From: Vicinamibacterales bacterium
GTDB taxonomy: Bacteria > Acidobacteriota > Vicinamibacteria > Vicinamibacterales > UBA2999
Assembly: GCA_036742665.1 (NCBI GenBank)
Contig: DAINQP010000002.1
Coordinates: 2,531 to 66,530, forward strand
Reading direction: 5' to 3'
DNA: 64,000 nucleotides
Part shown: positions 8,626 to 18,000 of the stretch, one piece after another
How positions within the stretch are numbered: the stretch's first letter is position 1
How the letters are laid out: each line of letters opens with the position of its first letter
Program-made: the position numbers and the translations under genes
Notes under the pieces: model-generated
What the model saw: only the letters and a program-made list of their open reading frames with translations
What the model was told of the DNA's origin: nothing
Database searches by the model: none

Positions 8626-9312
8626 GTGAGCGCAGAGTTTTCACCCTCGGAGTCTGTCCACGAGATGCCGCACGCCGGCAATGACGGCATGGATTCTTTC
8701 CACGCCGAGCTGAAGCTCAAAAAGAAGGACTTCAAGCGGCTGTTCGACCCGACGCGCGAGCTCGATGGCTGGGAACGCTACCGCGCACTCATCGATGCCT
8801 CGGACGAAGCCTACGACCTCATCGACATCAGCAATCGCGAGGCACGATTTGCCTTGATCGTCATGGGCGCGCTCAACGCGATGCCCCTGCTGCTGTTGAC
8901 CAAGACCGACGTCATCTCCTCGATGACGCGCGGCGAGCGCATCTGGATGGTGTCGTTCCTGATCGGCTACGCGCTGCTGTTGCTCTACTTCATTCTGCAG
9001 GCGATCGAGGCGCTGCATCCCGGTCGCTTTCGTCCGTCGATGAAAGACTGGCCGACTGCCAGCCCGGACTATCCTGCCGGCGTCCGCTACTACGAGGACG
9101 TGATCAAGCGGACCCCCGCTGAGACGTGGGCGACGTGGCAGCACGTGCGGCTCTCTCAGCTCAACGCCGAGCTCGCCGTGCAGCTGCATGGCCTGGCGCT
9201 GAAGAACGACGCGAAGCACCGTGCCGTGCGGCGGTTGTTCATCGGCCTCCGCGCCATGGCGTTCATGCTTGGTGCGGTGCTGGCGATGTATCTCGTGTTC
9301 TCCTGGACGTAA
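8626..9312 (+). CDS. membrane protein of unknown function (3 predicted TM helices; weak resemblance to DUF5706 / Pycsar-effector-type TM domains)
   Basis: A soluble N-terminal helix region (WERYRALIDASDEAYDLIDISNREARFALIV) is followed by hydrophobic helices FALIVMGALNAMPLLLL, IWMVSFLIGYALLLLYFIL and a C-terminal LRAMAFMLGAVLAMYLVF. The family assignment is from memory only. Confidence 0.5.
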   Translation: MSAEFSPSESVHEMPHAGNDGMDSFHAELKLKKKDFKRLFDPTRELDGWERYRALIDASDEAYDLIDISNREARFALIVMGALNAMPLLLLTKTDVISSMTRGERIWMVSFLIGYALLLLYFILQAIEALHPGRFRPSMKDWPTASPDYPAGVRYYEDVIKRTPAETWATWQHVRLSQLNAELAVQLHGLALKNDAKHRAVRRLFIGLRAMAFMLGAVLAMYLVFSWT

Positions 9313-9314
9313 GA

Positions 9315-9375
9315 AAGGGGTCGGGAGTCATTTCCTCCACCGAGGGTCTTCAGGAAAATGACTCCCGACCCTTTT
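9315..9375. terminator. bidirectional intrinsic terminator (long near-perfect hairpin)
   Basis: The arms are aaggggtcgggagtcatttcc and ggaaaatgactcccgaccctttt, with a 16-bp perfect core (gggtcgggagtcattt) and a 16-17 nt loop. T-runs follow on both strands (cTTTTc on +, cccTTTCTT on -). It fills the 62-nt gap between convergent genes. Confidence 0.75.
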
Positions 9376-10277
9376 CAATGACAGACGTCCGCGCCCGAGT
9401 CCGTCCGTCCGCCGCCCACTTGTAGGAAGTCCCAGCTATATCCCTGCGCCGTCAGCGTGAGCTTCAGAAGGCCGTGCGCGATGATTTGCACCTCGCTCTG
9501 CGGATGCACGCGCATCACGGTGTAGAGCCCCGCACCGCCGGTGCCGACGATGAACTGACGGATCCCGTGCGCGTCGTTGCGCTGACCATCAGGTGACATC
9601 GGCGCGTACCGCTCGTATAGATGCTCGTGCGCGCTGATGATCACATCTACACCCTGCTCGTAGAGCATCTGCCATAACGCCGCGAGTCGAGCGTTGTCGC
9701 CGTTCGGCCCGGAGCTATAAAGTGGATGGTGAAAGTACGCGAGCGCGCATCGCGATGTATTGGCCGTGAGTTCGGCTCGAACCCACTGACCTTGCGCCGT
9801 CGAGCCGCCCACCGGCAGGTTGCTGTTCAATGAAAGGACCAGCCAGTCGCCGGCTCGGAAACTGTAGTAGCCCTGCCCCGATGGTCCAGCTTGTCCTCCG
9901 AAATAGTCGTAATAGGGCTGAGCGCCTGACGACTCGTACTCATGGTTGCCTGGGCTCGCGCGGGTCCTCGACTTGTGCCTGCCCCACACCGGGTCATAGC
10001 AGGTCGCAAACTCTTCTGCCGTCCCGTGACGATACGCAAGATCGCCAACGGCGAGGATTGTCCCATCCAGCGAATCGAGCATCAGGCCTGTCTCAATCGC
10101 CGGCGTCGATCCGCACACACCGACGTCACCCGCGGCCAGCAGCATCGTCGAGGACGGCGGCGGTGACGGCCCACTCACCCACTGGTCGCCTCCACCGGCG
10201 CACGACAGCGTCGTGAGCAGAACGAGGAGCCAGAGTGTGCAATATCGTGTGCGGTGTACGTTCATGAGTCGGCGCAT
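9375..10277 (-). CDS. calcineurin-like metallophosphoesterase, probable lipoprotein
   Basis: Lipobox LLTTLSC. Metallophosphoesterase motifs GDVG, GDLAY, GNHEY, SAHEHLYER. Confidence 0.85.
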   Translation of the reverse strand: MRRLMNVHRTRYCTLWLLVLLTTLSCAGGGDQWVSGPSPPPSSTMLLAAGDVGVCGSTPAIETGLMLDSLDGTILAVGDLAYRHGTAEEFATCYDPVWGRHKSRTRASPGNHEYESSGAQPYYDYFGGQAGPSGQGYYSFRAGDWLVLSLNSNLPVGGSTAQGQWVRAELTANTSRCALAYFHHPLYSSGPNGDNARLAALWQMLYEQGVDVIISAHEHLYERYAPMSPDGQRNDAHGIRQFIVGTGGAGLYTVMRVHPQSEVQIIAHGLLKLTLTAQGYSWDFLQVGGGRTDSGADVCH

Positions 10278-10307
10278 GCGAGCCGATATGACTAAGGCTT
10301 CTCACAA

Positions 10308-11591
10308 ATGATTCGCCCGACTTCTTCTGATATCGGCAGCTGGCGATGTGCTCCGCACGTTGCCCTTCGCTCGCTCTGTGCTGCGGCAGCGATCGTGCTC
10401 GCGCTATCGGCCCCGGCGTCGGCGCAGCAGGCTGCTGGCACACAGAAGGCCGAATCCGGCGTGCAGTGGGACGAGGGCTCGATACGTTTCGGCGACTCGT
10501 TCCGCATCGAGCCGAAGGTCCGCGTGCAGGCCGACATGCTCTTGTGGAATGACGAGGGACCGATCGAGGACCGCTTCTCGTGGGGCAGCCGGCGTCTCGG
10601 TGTGAATGGCGAGCTGTTCAACCGCGTCCAGTTTCAGGTGGAGCGCGCCTTTCAGGACGACGATGACGACGATACGCCGTGGCGTGATGTGTATGTAGAC
10701 GTGCGCGTCAATCGCGCGTTTCAGGTGCGCGGCGGCCGGTTCAAGTTGCCATTCAGCCTCGAGCGAAACACCAGCCGCGACGATCTTGATTTCATTCAGC
10801 GCGCGACCGCCGTTCGCGCGCTGTCGCCAGCGCGCGACACGGGCGTGATGGTCCACGGCCGCGTCGCCAATCGCATGGTCGAGTATGAAGCCGGGGTCTT
10901 CCAGCACGCCGATGGTTTGGATCTGACCGACGACCCAAATTCCTGGAGCGCACTTGGTGCGGCGCTGGCTGCCCGCGCGATCGTCTCGCCCGTCCGTGAC
11001 AAGGCCGACGGGGCCACGCGCGATCTGCACTTCGGTGTCGCGCTGGTCCGCAACACGACCGCCGAAGGCCTCAACAGCGTAGTCGGCCGCTCATTCGACA
11101 ACGATCGATTCTCCGAGCGGATGAACGTGAACGGCCAGCGCACGCGTCTCGGCGCCGAGGGGCTCTGGCGTGGGCGTCGCGCGACGATCAAGGGCGAGTT
11201 GCTGCAGCTCACCGACCAGCGCCTCGGACAGGCCATCACCGGGGGTGACCTGTCCGATCTCGTTCAGCGTGGTGGATATCTCACCGGAATCGTCCGCGTT
11301 CTCGGCAAACCAGGGAGGCGCGGCCAGGCTCTGGACGTCGCCGCCCGCCTCGATCGATTTTCGCTCGGCAGCGCGAATGATACCGACGACCCGTTCACGA
11401 ACCCCCGCGCCGATCACATCGCGCCGCTGGCCAAGAACACCTGGACGTTCGGCGGCAACTGGCAGGTGCATCGCTGGGTTCGCGTCCAGGGCAACCTCAT
11501 TCGGGAAACGCTGGTGGACTCGCTCGGCGTACGCGACATCATCACCGAGCCGCGTTGGACGGCGATCATGCGCTTCCAGTTCGCGCTGTAA
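10308..11591 (+). CDS. phosphate-selective porin O/P family outer-membrane protein
   Basis: Signal peptide ending ALSAPASAQQ. It has an alternating beta-strand pattern throughout and a C-terminal aromatic ending (MRFQFAL). Overall it resembles the OprO/OprP family. Its neighbours are a phosphoesterase and CotH. Confidence 0.65.
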   Translation: MIRPTSSDIGSWRCAPHVALRSLCAAAAIVLALSAPASAQQAAGTQKAESGVQWDEGSIRFGDSFRIEPKVRVQADMLLWNDEGPIEDRFSWGSRRLGVNGELFNRVQFQVERAFQDDDDDDTPWRDVYVDVRVNRAFQVRGGRFKLPFSLERNTSRDDLDFIQRATAVRALSPARDTGVMVHGRVANRMVEYEAGVFQHADGLDLTDDPNSWSALGAALAARAIVSPVRDKADGATRDLHFGVALVRNTTAEGLNSVVGRSFDNDRFSERMNVNGQRTRLGAEGLWRGRRATIKGELLQLTDQRLGQAITGGDLSDLVQRGGYLTGIVRVLGKPGRRGQALDVAARLDRFSLGSANDTDDPFTNPRADHIAPLAKNTWTFGGNWQVHRWVRVQGNLIRETLVDSLGVRDIITEPRWTAIMRFQFAL

Positions 11592-11604
11592 ACGGAAATC
11601 CGGA

Positions 11605-12801
11605 ATGTTCAGACCTGTGCTTCGTCGCCTCGTCATCGGCCTCGTCCTGCAATCAGCGGCAGCCACGTCCGTGCAGGCGCAGACGACAGACGATCTGTTC
11701 AACGAAGGCGTCGTGCAGACGCTGGAGATCACGATCCACTCGCGCGACTGGGATACGCTGCGCGCGAACTTCACCAGCAACGACTTTTATCCGGCCGACG
11801 TCGCCTGGAACGGCCTCCGCGTACGCAACGTCGGCATCCGGTCGCGCGGGCTCGGCAGCCGCAGCGGCGTGAAGCCAGGCCTCGAGCTGAACTTCGCCCA
11901 CTACAGCTCACGCGGAGAGTTCCTCGGCCTGCGGTCGCTGGTCCTCGACAATTTGACCACCGACCCCTCGATGATTCGTGAGCGCGTGGCGATGGCGTTT
12001 TACCGGAGGCTCGGTATACCGGCGCCGAGAGAAGCGCACGCCAACCTGTATGTGAACGGTCACTACGCCGGCCTTTACGTCATCGTCGAACCGGTGGACA
12101 GCGTGTTCCTGCAGCGGTGGTTGAGCGAAAACAGCGGCGCATTGTACGAGTATCACTGGTTGACGCCGTATTTCGCGACGTTCCTCGGAGAGAACCTCGA
12201 CCTCTACCCGCCGTACTTCGAACCGCGAACGCAGCAAACCCGCTCGACGTTCGATCTGTTCGATCCGATTCGCGAGCTGTTCCGCACCATCAACAACGCA
12301 CCGGCCAACTCGTTTCGCGATTCCGTCGGCGCACGCCTGGATCTGGAATCGACGATGCAATTGATCGCGTCTGAAGCCTTCATGGCCGAGTGGGACGGTA
12401 TCCTCGGGTACGCGGGTCTCAATAACTTCTATCTGTATCGTCCGGCCACAACCGCGCCAGCCCGCATCCTGCCCTGGGATGCCGACCACACGTTCCAGGC
12501 TCCTGACTACCCGCTGCTCGCCGGTGCCGCCGAGAACGTGTTGATGCGGCGGATGCTCGAGGATCCGGTGCTGCGGGCACGCTACTTCCAGCTGGTGCTC
12601 GAAGCCGTGAACGCCGCCTCGTCTGGCGACTGGCTGATCAACGAGGTCACGAAAGACTACCAGCAGATTCGCGAGTCGGTGCTGGCCGATCCGTTCAAGC
12701 CGTACACGAACGAGGAATTCGATGCGGCATTCGCGGACCTGCTCGCGTTCGCGCGGACGCGTCCGGGGTTCGTCACGTCACAGGTGCAGCAAAACAGATA
12801 G
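11605..12801 (+). CDS. CotH family protein (atypical kinase fold), exported
   Basis: I moved the start to ATG 11605 (MFRPVLRRLVIGLVLQSAAATSVQAQ is a signal peptide). The listed 11170 start overlaps the porin gene. CotH-like blocks are present: LEITIHSRDWDTL, VAWNGLRVRNVGIRSRG, LVLDNLTTDPSMIRERVAMAFYRRLG, NLYVNGHYAGLY. Confidence 0.75.
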   Translation: MFRPVLRRLVIGLVLQSAAATSVQAQTTDDLFNEGVVQTLEITIHSRDWDTLRANFTSNDFYPADVAWNGLRVRNVGIRSRGLGSRSGVKPGLELNFAHYSSRGEFLGLRSLVLDNLTTDPSMIRERVAMAFYRRLGIPAPREAHANLYVNGHYAGLYVIVEPVDSVFLQRWLSENSGALYEYHWLTPYFATFLGENLDLYPPYFEPRTQQTRSTFDLFDPIRELFRTINNAPANSFRDSVGARLDLESTMQLIASEAFMAEWDGILGYAGLNNFYLYRPATTAPARILPWDADHTFQAPDYPLLAGAAENVLMRRMLEDPVLRARYFQLVLEAVNAASSGDWLINEVTKDYQQIRESVLADPFKPYTNEEFDAAFADLLAFARTRPGFVTSQVQQNR

Positions 12802-12944
12802 GTGCAATCGGACTGGCGCACGTCGGTGCTAATCGACTATCGCTCGTCGGTGCAATCAGACTGACGCTCGTCGGTGCGATTGGGCTGACGCGTGTCGGTG
12901 CAAGACATCTCACGCGCGTCGGTGCGGGACTGCGGGTCCGGGCA
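12801..12944. repeat. tandem array of six 24-nt units (consensus GGTGCAATCNGACTGNCGCNCGTC)
   Basis: Units are at 12801-12824, 12825-12848, 12849-12872, 12873-12896, 12897-12920 and 12921-12944 (the last is degenerate). They abut head to tail with no spacers and begin at the last base of the CotH stop codon. Confidence 0.9.
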
Positions 12945-12981
12945 AACCACGTCGTTGCGGGCCAATCCTGATCGCACAGCC

Positions 12982-12987
12982 TATAAT
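12982..12987 (+). promoter_or_regulatory. candidate -10 box (TATAAT) for the gene starting at 13009
   Basis: A perfect TATAAT lies 22 nt upstream of ATG 13009, followed by GGAGG at 13000-13004. I found no convincing -35 at 17-nt spacing. Confidence 0.35.
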
Positions 12988-13008
12988 GCTTCTCGAATGG
13001 GAGGCTCC

Positions 13009-13791
13009 ATGCTCCGACGCGTTCTTGCCGTCTGCATCGCGCTGCTCGCGTGTCTGCAGCTGACGTCAGCGCAGTACTTGAAGCATCCGGATCCGCGGAT
13101 CCCGCGCACGCCTGACGGCAAACCCGATCTGTCGGCGACGGCGCCGCGGCTGCCCGACGGCAAGCCCGATCTCACCGGGATCTGGAACGCCGCTGATGGG
13201 CGCTTTCTGACCAACATCGCGCGACGCGCCGGCTTCGACGCGCCGTTTACGCCCGAAGGAGCGGCGATCTTCAAGCAGCGGCAGGAGACGGAAGGACGAG
13301 ACCGCCCTGCGGGCCGCTGTCTCCCGCATACCGTGCCGACGGCGATGATGGTGCCGAACTATCCGTGGAAGATCGTGCAGACGCCGAACCTCATGGTGGT
13401 GCTCTTCGAGAACTTCACCCAGTGGCGTCAGATCTTCACCGACGGACGAGACTTTCCCGCCGAGCGCGCCCCGACCTGGTTCGGCTACTCGGTCGGCAAG
13501 TGGGACGGCGACACCTTTGTCGTCAACGTGACCGGCTTCAACGACAAAGGGTGGCTCGATGACGGTGGCCACCCGCGCAGCGAGGCGATGCACGTCACCG
13601 AACGCTGGCGCCGCCGCGATTTCGGCCACCTCGACATCGACTTCACGTTCGAAGATTCGAAGATGTATACGAAGCCGTGGACGGTGACCATCCCGTTCGT
13701 CCTGCTACCGGACACTGACATCATCGAGAACGTCTGCGAGAATGAGAAAGATGTCGAGCACATCTTTTTCAACGGGACGAAACCGAAATAA
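13009..13791 (+). CDS. exported protein of unknown function, 'family X' paralogue 1
   Basis: ATG 13009 is preceded by GGAGG; ATG 12997 is an alternative. Signal peptide MLRRVLAVCIALLACLQLTSAQ. It shares blocks with 25100..26311 (C-terminal half) and 49871..51034: PDLTGIW, TPEG, C.P........P..I.Q, G.W.GD..VV..T, HV.ER(F/W). Confidence 0.7.
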   Translation: MLRRVLAVCIALLACLQLTSAQYLKHPDPRIPRTPDGKPDLSATAPRLPDGKPDLTGIWNAADGRFLTNIARRAGFDAPFTPEGAAIFKQRQETEGRDRPAGRCLPHTVPTAMMVPNYPWKIVQTPNLMVVLFENFTQWRQIFTDGRDFPAERAPTWFGYSVGKWDGDTFVVNVTGFNDKGWLDDGGHPRSEAMHVTERWRRRDFGHLDIDFTFEDSKMYTKPWTVTIPFVLLPDTDIIENVCENEKDVEHIFFNGTKPK

Positions 13792-14503
13792 GGTCCTCGT
13801 CCTCGCGGTCCTGCTGCTATGCGCGCCGCTGCGCGCACAGGACACCTCCCGGGACCCCGACCGCCTGTACGCCGATCGCGAGCACCTGCAAAGCGCGATG
13901 GACGCGGCCACAGTGTGGGAGTCCCGCCTCAAGACCAACCCCAAGGATTTCGAATCAGCGTGGAAGCTGGCCCGCGCCTGCTACTGGCTGGGCGGCCATG
14001 TCGCCGAAGACGCTCGACGGGCGCAGTACGAACGCGGCATCGAAGCGGCACGACAGGCGTCGCTCCTGCAGACCGGTCAACCCGAAGGCTACTTCTGGAT
14101 GGCGGCCAACATGGGCGCGATGGCCGAGTCATTCGGCTTGCGTGCGGGCATCAAATATCGCAGCCCAGTGAAGAAGGCGCTGGAAACGGTGTTGATGCTC
14201 GACCCTGGCTTTCAGCAGGGCTCGGCCGACCGTGCGCTCGGGCGGTGGTATCTGAAGGTGCCGAGGCTGTTCGGGGGCAGCAAGGACCAGTCAGTCGAAC
14301 ACTTGAAAAAATCACTCACCTATGATCAGGCGAGCACCGCGTCGCACTACTTCCTCGCTGAGACGTATCTCGAGATGGACCGGCGGGACGAGGCGCGTCA
14401 GGAAGCGCAGAAAGTCCTGGATCTGCCCGCGAACCCAAACTGGGCGCCTGAAGATCGCGAGTTCAAGCAGAAAGCAAAGACCCTCCTCGAACGCCTGCGC
14501 TAG
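13742..14503 (+). CDS. TPR-like exported protein (TatT-family-like)
   Basis: Signal peptide VLVLAVLLLCAPLRAQD. The remainder is helical-repeat sequence (WKLARACYWLG, YFWMAANMG, HYFLAETYLEMDRRDEARQEAQKVL). The start is ATG 13742 or 13751; either overlaps the upstream gene by 41-50 nt. Confidence 0.6.
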   Translation: MRKMSSTSFSTGRNRNKVLVLAVLLLCAPLRAQDTSRDPDRLYADREHLQSAMDAATVWESRLKTNPKDFESAWKLARACYWLGGHVAEDARRAQYERGIEAARQASLLQTGQPEGYFWMAANMGAMAESFGLRAGIKYRSPVKKALETVLMLDPGFQQGSADRALGRWYLKVPRLFGGSKDQSVEHLKKSLTYDQASTASHYFLAETYLEMDRRDEARQEAQKVLDLPANPNWAPEDREFKQKAKTLLERLR

Positions 14504-14534
14504 CGGTATAGTTCCCGCTCAACGAGGTGACGAC

Positions 14535-14996
14535 ATGACTCGACTGACGCGCGCGCTGGCGCTTGCCGGGATCGGCATGATTCTGCTGCCGGTCACGATG
14601 GGCTCTCAGGGCCAGCTCAATCCGAAGGCCGTTGAATTCATCAAGGCCGTCGACATCAAGTGGGTCCGCAACGCCGCGGGCACGCAGGAGACGGCCACAC
14701 TCTTCGGCGACCCGACGAAGCCGGGCATGTACGTCCAGCGCTTGCGGTGGCTCCCCGGGAACATGAGTCGCCCGCATTTCCACCCCAACGACCGCTTCTT
14801 CGTCGTCATCGAGGGCACGTGGTGGCTCGGGTCGGGCGAGAAGTACGATCCGAATAGCACAGTGGGTGTGCCAGCCGGAACGTTCGTCGTACACCACGCC
14901 GGCGAAATTCACTACGATGGCGCCAAGGACGCGCCGGTGGTGATTCAGGTGATGGGCATGGGACCGAACACCTCGACGCCGGCGGAGAAGAAGTAG
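14535..14996 (+). CDS. cupin domain protein, exported
   Basis: I moved the start to ATG 14535, preceded by GAGGTGA. Signal peptide MTRLTRALALAGIGMILLPV. Cupin motif RPHFHPNDRFFVVIEGTWW...HHAGEIHYDG. Confidence 0.75.
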   Translation: MTRLTRALALAGIGMILLPVTMGSQGQLNPKAVEFIKAVDIKWVRNAAGTQETATLFGDPTKPGMYVQRLRWLPGNMSRPHFHPNDRFFVVIEGTWWLGSGEKYDPNSTVGVPAGTFVVHHAGEIHYDGAKDAPVVIQVMGMGPNTSTPAEKK

Positions 14997-15099
14997 ATCG
15001 TTCGGGGCGTTCGGGTCGTTCGAAGGGTTCGAATCGTTCCGGAACGTTCGAACCGTTCTGAACGAGAACGATCCGAACGTCACGAACGATCCGAACGAC
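14997..15099. repeat. REP-like GTTCG / CGAAC palindromic array (family copy 2)
   Basis: The sequence is atcGTTCGgggcGTTCGggtcGTTCGaaggGTTCGaatcgttccggaacGTTCGAACcgttctgaacgaGAACGATCCGAACGtcaCGAACGATCCGAACGac. It has the same architecture and context (a convergent gene pair) as 674-756. Confidence 0.8.
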
Positions 15100-18000
15100 T
15101 CAAAAATCGATCTGCGCGCTGATCTTCGCGAAGCGCGGGGTCAGCACACCGGTCGGCCGCGGAAATGGCAGCGCCGTGCTGTAGGCTGCGTTGTACGTAA
15201 GCGCCGGGTTGGCGTTGAACACGTTGTAGATATCCACGCCGACGTTGGTACGCGTCCGGCCGAACCGCAGCAGCTTGGCGATCCGGAAATCCACCTCATT
15301 CAGGCGATCGCCGTACATCGTTCCCGGCTCGATCAGATTCACCACAACACTGCCCCCCGGCGCGGAGAGATTGCGACCGAGCTGCGCCGAGACCATCGCG
15401 TTAGTCACAGTGAAGTTGGCCGCCAATGGTGCGCCCTGTTCACTCCGGAACGTGCCGCTCACCAGCACGTCGATCTTCGGCACGGTATATGTGGCCAGGC
15501 CGGTCACGCGAGTGGTGTAGCCGGTTGACGTGTGGCAGTACGGGAACACCGGGCTTGCGTACACGTTGCCTGGACCGCTCGCGTTCGCCGGCGTCACGTA
15601 GTTCAGCTCAGGGTTGGCGTCCCTGATTCCGCACAGGTCACGCACGGTTTGTCCGGTGAGCAGGCCGCCCTGCATCGTGAGACCGTTCCGCGGGCGCGCC
15701 GTCACGTTGAGCAGGATGCCGTTGTAATGCTGGTACCACTCGCCAAAGTTCTCGGCCTTGGTGAAGTAGTCGTTCACCTGCCCGAACTTCGCGGGTACGA
15801 CGTCGTAGAGGCCGTTGATCGGGTAGCCACCACCGTCGGGCAGACGGGGATCGGATGGCGCAGTGATGCTGAACGGCGTGAAGTCGGCGGGCACCGTGGC
15901 GAGGTTGTCGTCCACGAAGAAGTTGTCGAGCCAGCGCCGGAAGTAGCCGACCTCCACTGAGACGCGCGGTAGCACTTCCTGCTGCACCGACACGCCGAAC
16001 TCCCAGTCAGCAGGACGCACGCCCCAGCCCTCGAGCGCCGCCGGATCGAAGTTTCGGCTCAAGGTTGCAGTGCCGAAGTTGCGATCGCTGATGGCGCCGC
16101 ACGAATCCCCGCCCGCCGCCAGGGTGTTCTGCGCGTCGGGATTGGACAGGTTGCAGTCGGGAATGAAGTTGCCGTTGCCGTCGGTCCATGACCGAGTGAC
16201 CGGCGGACGTCCCAGCTCGGTGCTGCCAGCCATGCGCGACGTCGGATTCGTGATCGAGTAGTTGCCGTTGTTGTTGCTCGCGGCATCGAGGTAGCGTCCG
16301 AGGTTCACTTTCACCGCCGTCTTGCCGTTGCCGAACAGGTCGTAGGCCAGACCGAGGCGCGGTGAAATGTCGTTGTAGCCGACAACGCCGGCGGTTTCCG
16401 GAAAGACGATTGGCGTCGGTAGGAACCGGGTGGGACCAACCACCTGCTCGGGCGAGTAACTCCAGGCGTGGTCGAACCGGAGCGCACCCTGCAGTGTCAT
16501 GCGGCCGAGGGTCCACTGCTCCTGTGCATAGACGGCGTGATAACGCGTGCGCAGTTTGCGCAGGTTGGAGTGCAGCGTCAGCGTGATCAGGTTCGGCACG
16601 CCGTTATTGAGGCGGTAGGCGACCTTCTCATCGTTCGTGAAGTACTGCTCATCATCGGCGTAGAAGGTTCCCTGGTAGCCAACCTTCATGTTGTGCGCAC
16701 CAGTGACGTAGGTCATCGAGGCGTTCCAGTTGTGTTGCCCCATCCAGTGCGACGCCCAGTTGGCGGAGCGGTAAGTCAGGTTGGGGATGTTGCCGTTGAG
16801 CGGGCAGTTTGGCGCGCACTGCTCGGTGACGCGCACGAGACTGCGGGTCAGGTTGCCCGGCATCTCGTCGCCGCCCCAGCGGGTGAGGTAGTCGCCGAAG
16901 CCGGCGGTCAGCAACACGCGATTGGTCATCGGCGAGTTCCACGTCAGCTGCTGCACTCGCTGAAAGCGATTCTCGTACGTCGCAGTTTCCGGCGCCGCGG
17001 TCGCCGATCCGCCGTAGACGAATCCGCCTTCCTCCGGCTGCGTCCGGCACCCGTCGTCGTTCGCAGAATACGTCGCACCGGTGCACGGCTTCTGTTCATC
17101 CCAGTAGATGTTGAACTTGTTGCGTGGCGTCGCCTGCACGGTCAGGCGCAGACTCGCGACCGACCAGCTGCCCGCGGCGCGCGACTGCCGCGTCGTGTCG
17201 GCTTCGTAGGTCCACTTCGTCGGATCGCCGGCATTCGTGTTCGCATACATCCCGGAGACGGAGGAATGCGATCCCTGATTGCGCAGGTTCAGGAAATACC
17301 AGAGCCGATCCTTCTTGATCGGCCCGCCGATGCCGGCGGTGTAATCCCACAGCTTGAGCAGCCGCCCGGGCGTGCCGAGCCCCGCTGCCTGCAGTTCCGG
17401 CGTGTAGTTGCTCCCGACCATGCCCTCGCTGACGCCGGCCAGGAACAACGAACCGCGAAGGGTGTTGCCACCGGTCTTGGGCACAACGCTCAATGACGGT
17501 CCAGAGACTTCGGCTTCACCGAGTCCTGCCGACACCGTGAACGAGATCTCCTGCGCGTTGGCAATGTCGGCGTTGTAGCCGGAGACGCCGCCGCCATTGC
17601 GAGCGGCGCCAACGCCGAGGCCGTCCACCTGCAGACGTCCTTCGTTGCCGTTGCGCCCGCCAGGGGTACCGAACACGACCATGCCCGGTGTGGCCTGCAC
17701 GTTGGCAGGCGATGTGCCCTGCGTCTGAATCGCCGGCACGAGCAGCATCACGCCGGTGTAACCACGCGCTGTCGGGATCGCGCTGAGCACTTCCCCGGTG
17801 ATCGTCGCCTGCCGCCGCACGCTCTGAACGTCCACCATCGGCGACTCGCCAGTCACCGTGATCGTTTCCTGAACCGCACCGACGCGCAGGTCCACACTGA
17901 CCGTCGCGGTCATCAGACCAGTGAGTTCGATGCCCTCGCGTTTGACCGTCGAAAAACCTGTCAGCGTGAATGTGACGGCATAGGTGCCCGCACGTAAATC

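Noticed and set aside
8626-9312. Calling a Pycsar/CBASS-type defence system
   Set aside because: Only a possible effector-like TM protein is present. No cyclase or sensor gene is adjacent, and the family assignment itself is unverified.
10278-10307. Pho box in the 30-nt divergent spacer
   Set aside because: I could not find a convincing direct-repeat PhoB-type motif by eye. The phosphate-regulon idea rests on gene content only.
11170-11604. Upstream extension of the CotH ORF
   Set aside because: It lies entirely inside the porin gene in another frame. ATG 11605 gives a signal peptide 13 nt after the porin stop.
12802-12864. Read-through of the CotH TAG into the repeat array
   Set aside because: The in-frame continuation (VQSDWRTSVLIDYRSSVQSD*) is only 20 codons and simply reflects the repeat. 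I have no evidence for suppression.
12801-12944. The 24-nt repeat array as a CRISPR array
   Set aside because: The units abut directly with no spacers, the unit is not palindromic, and no cas genes are in the window.
15026-15035. tRNA-like T-arm sequence GGTTCGAATC
   Set aside because: It is part of the GTTCG/CGAAC repeat. There is no acceptor stem, D-arm or anticodon arm around it. I saw no tRNA or rRNA anywhere in the window.
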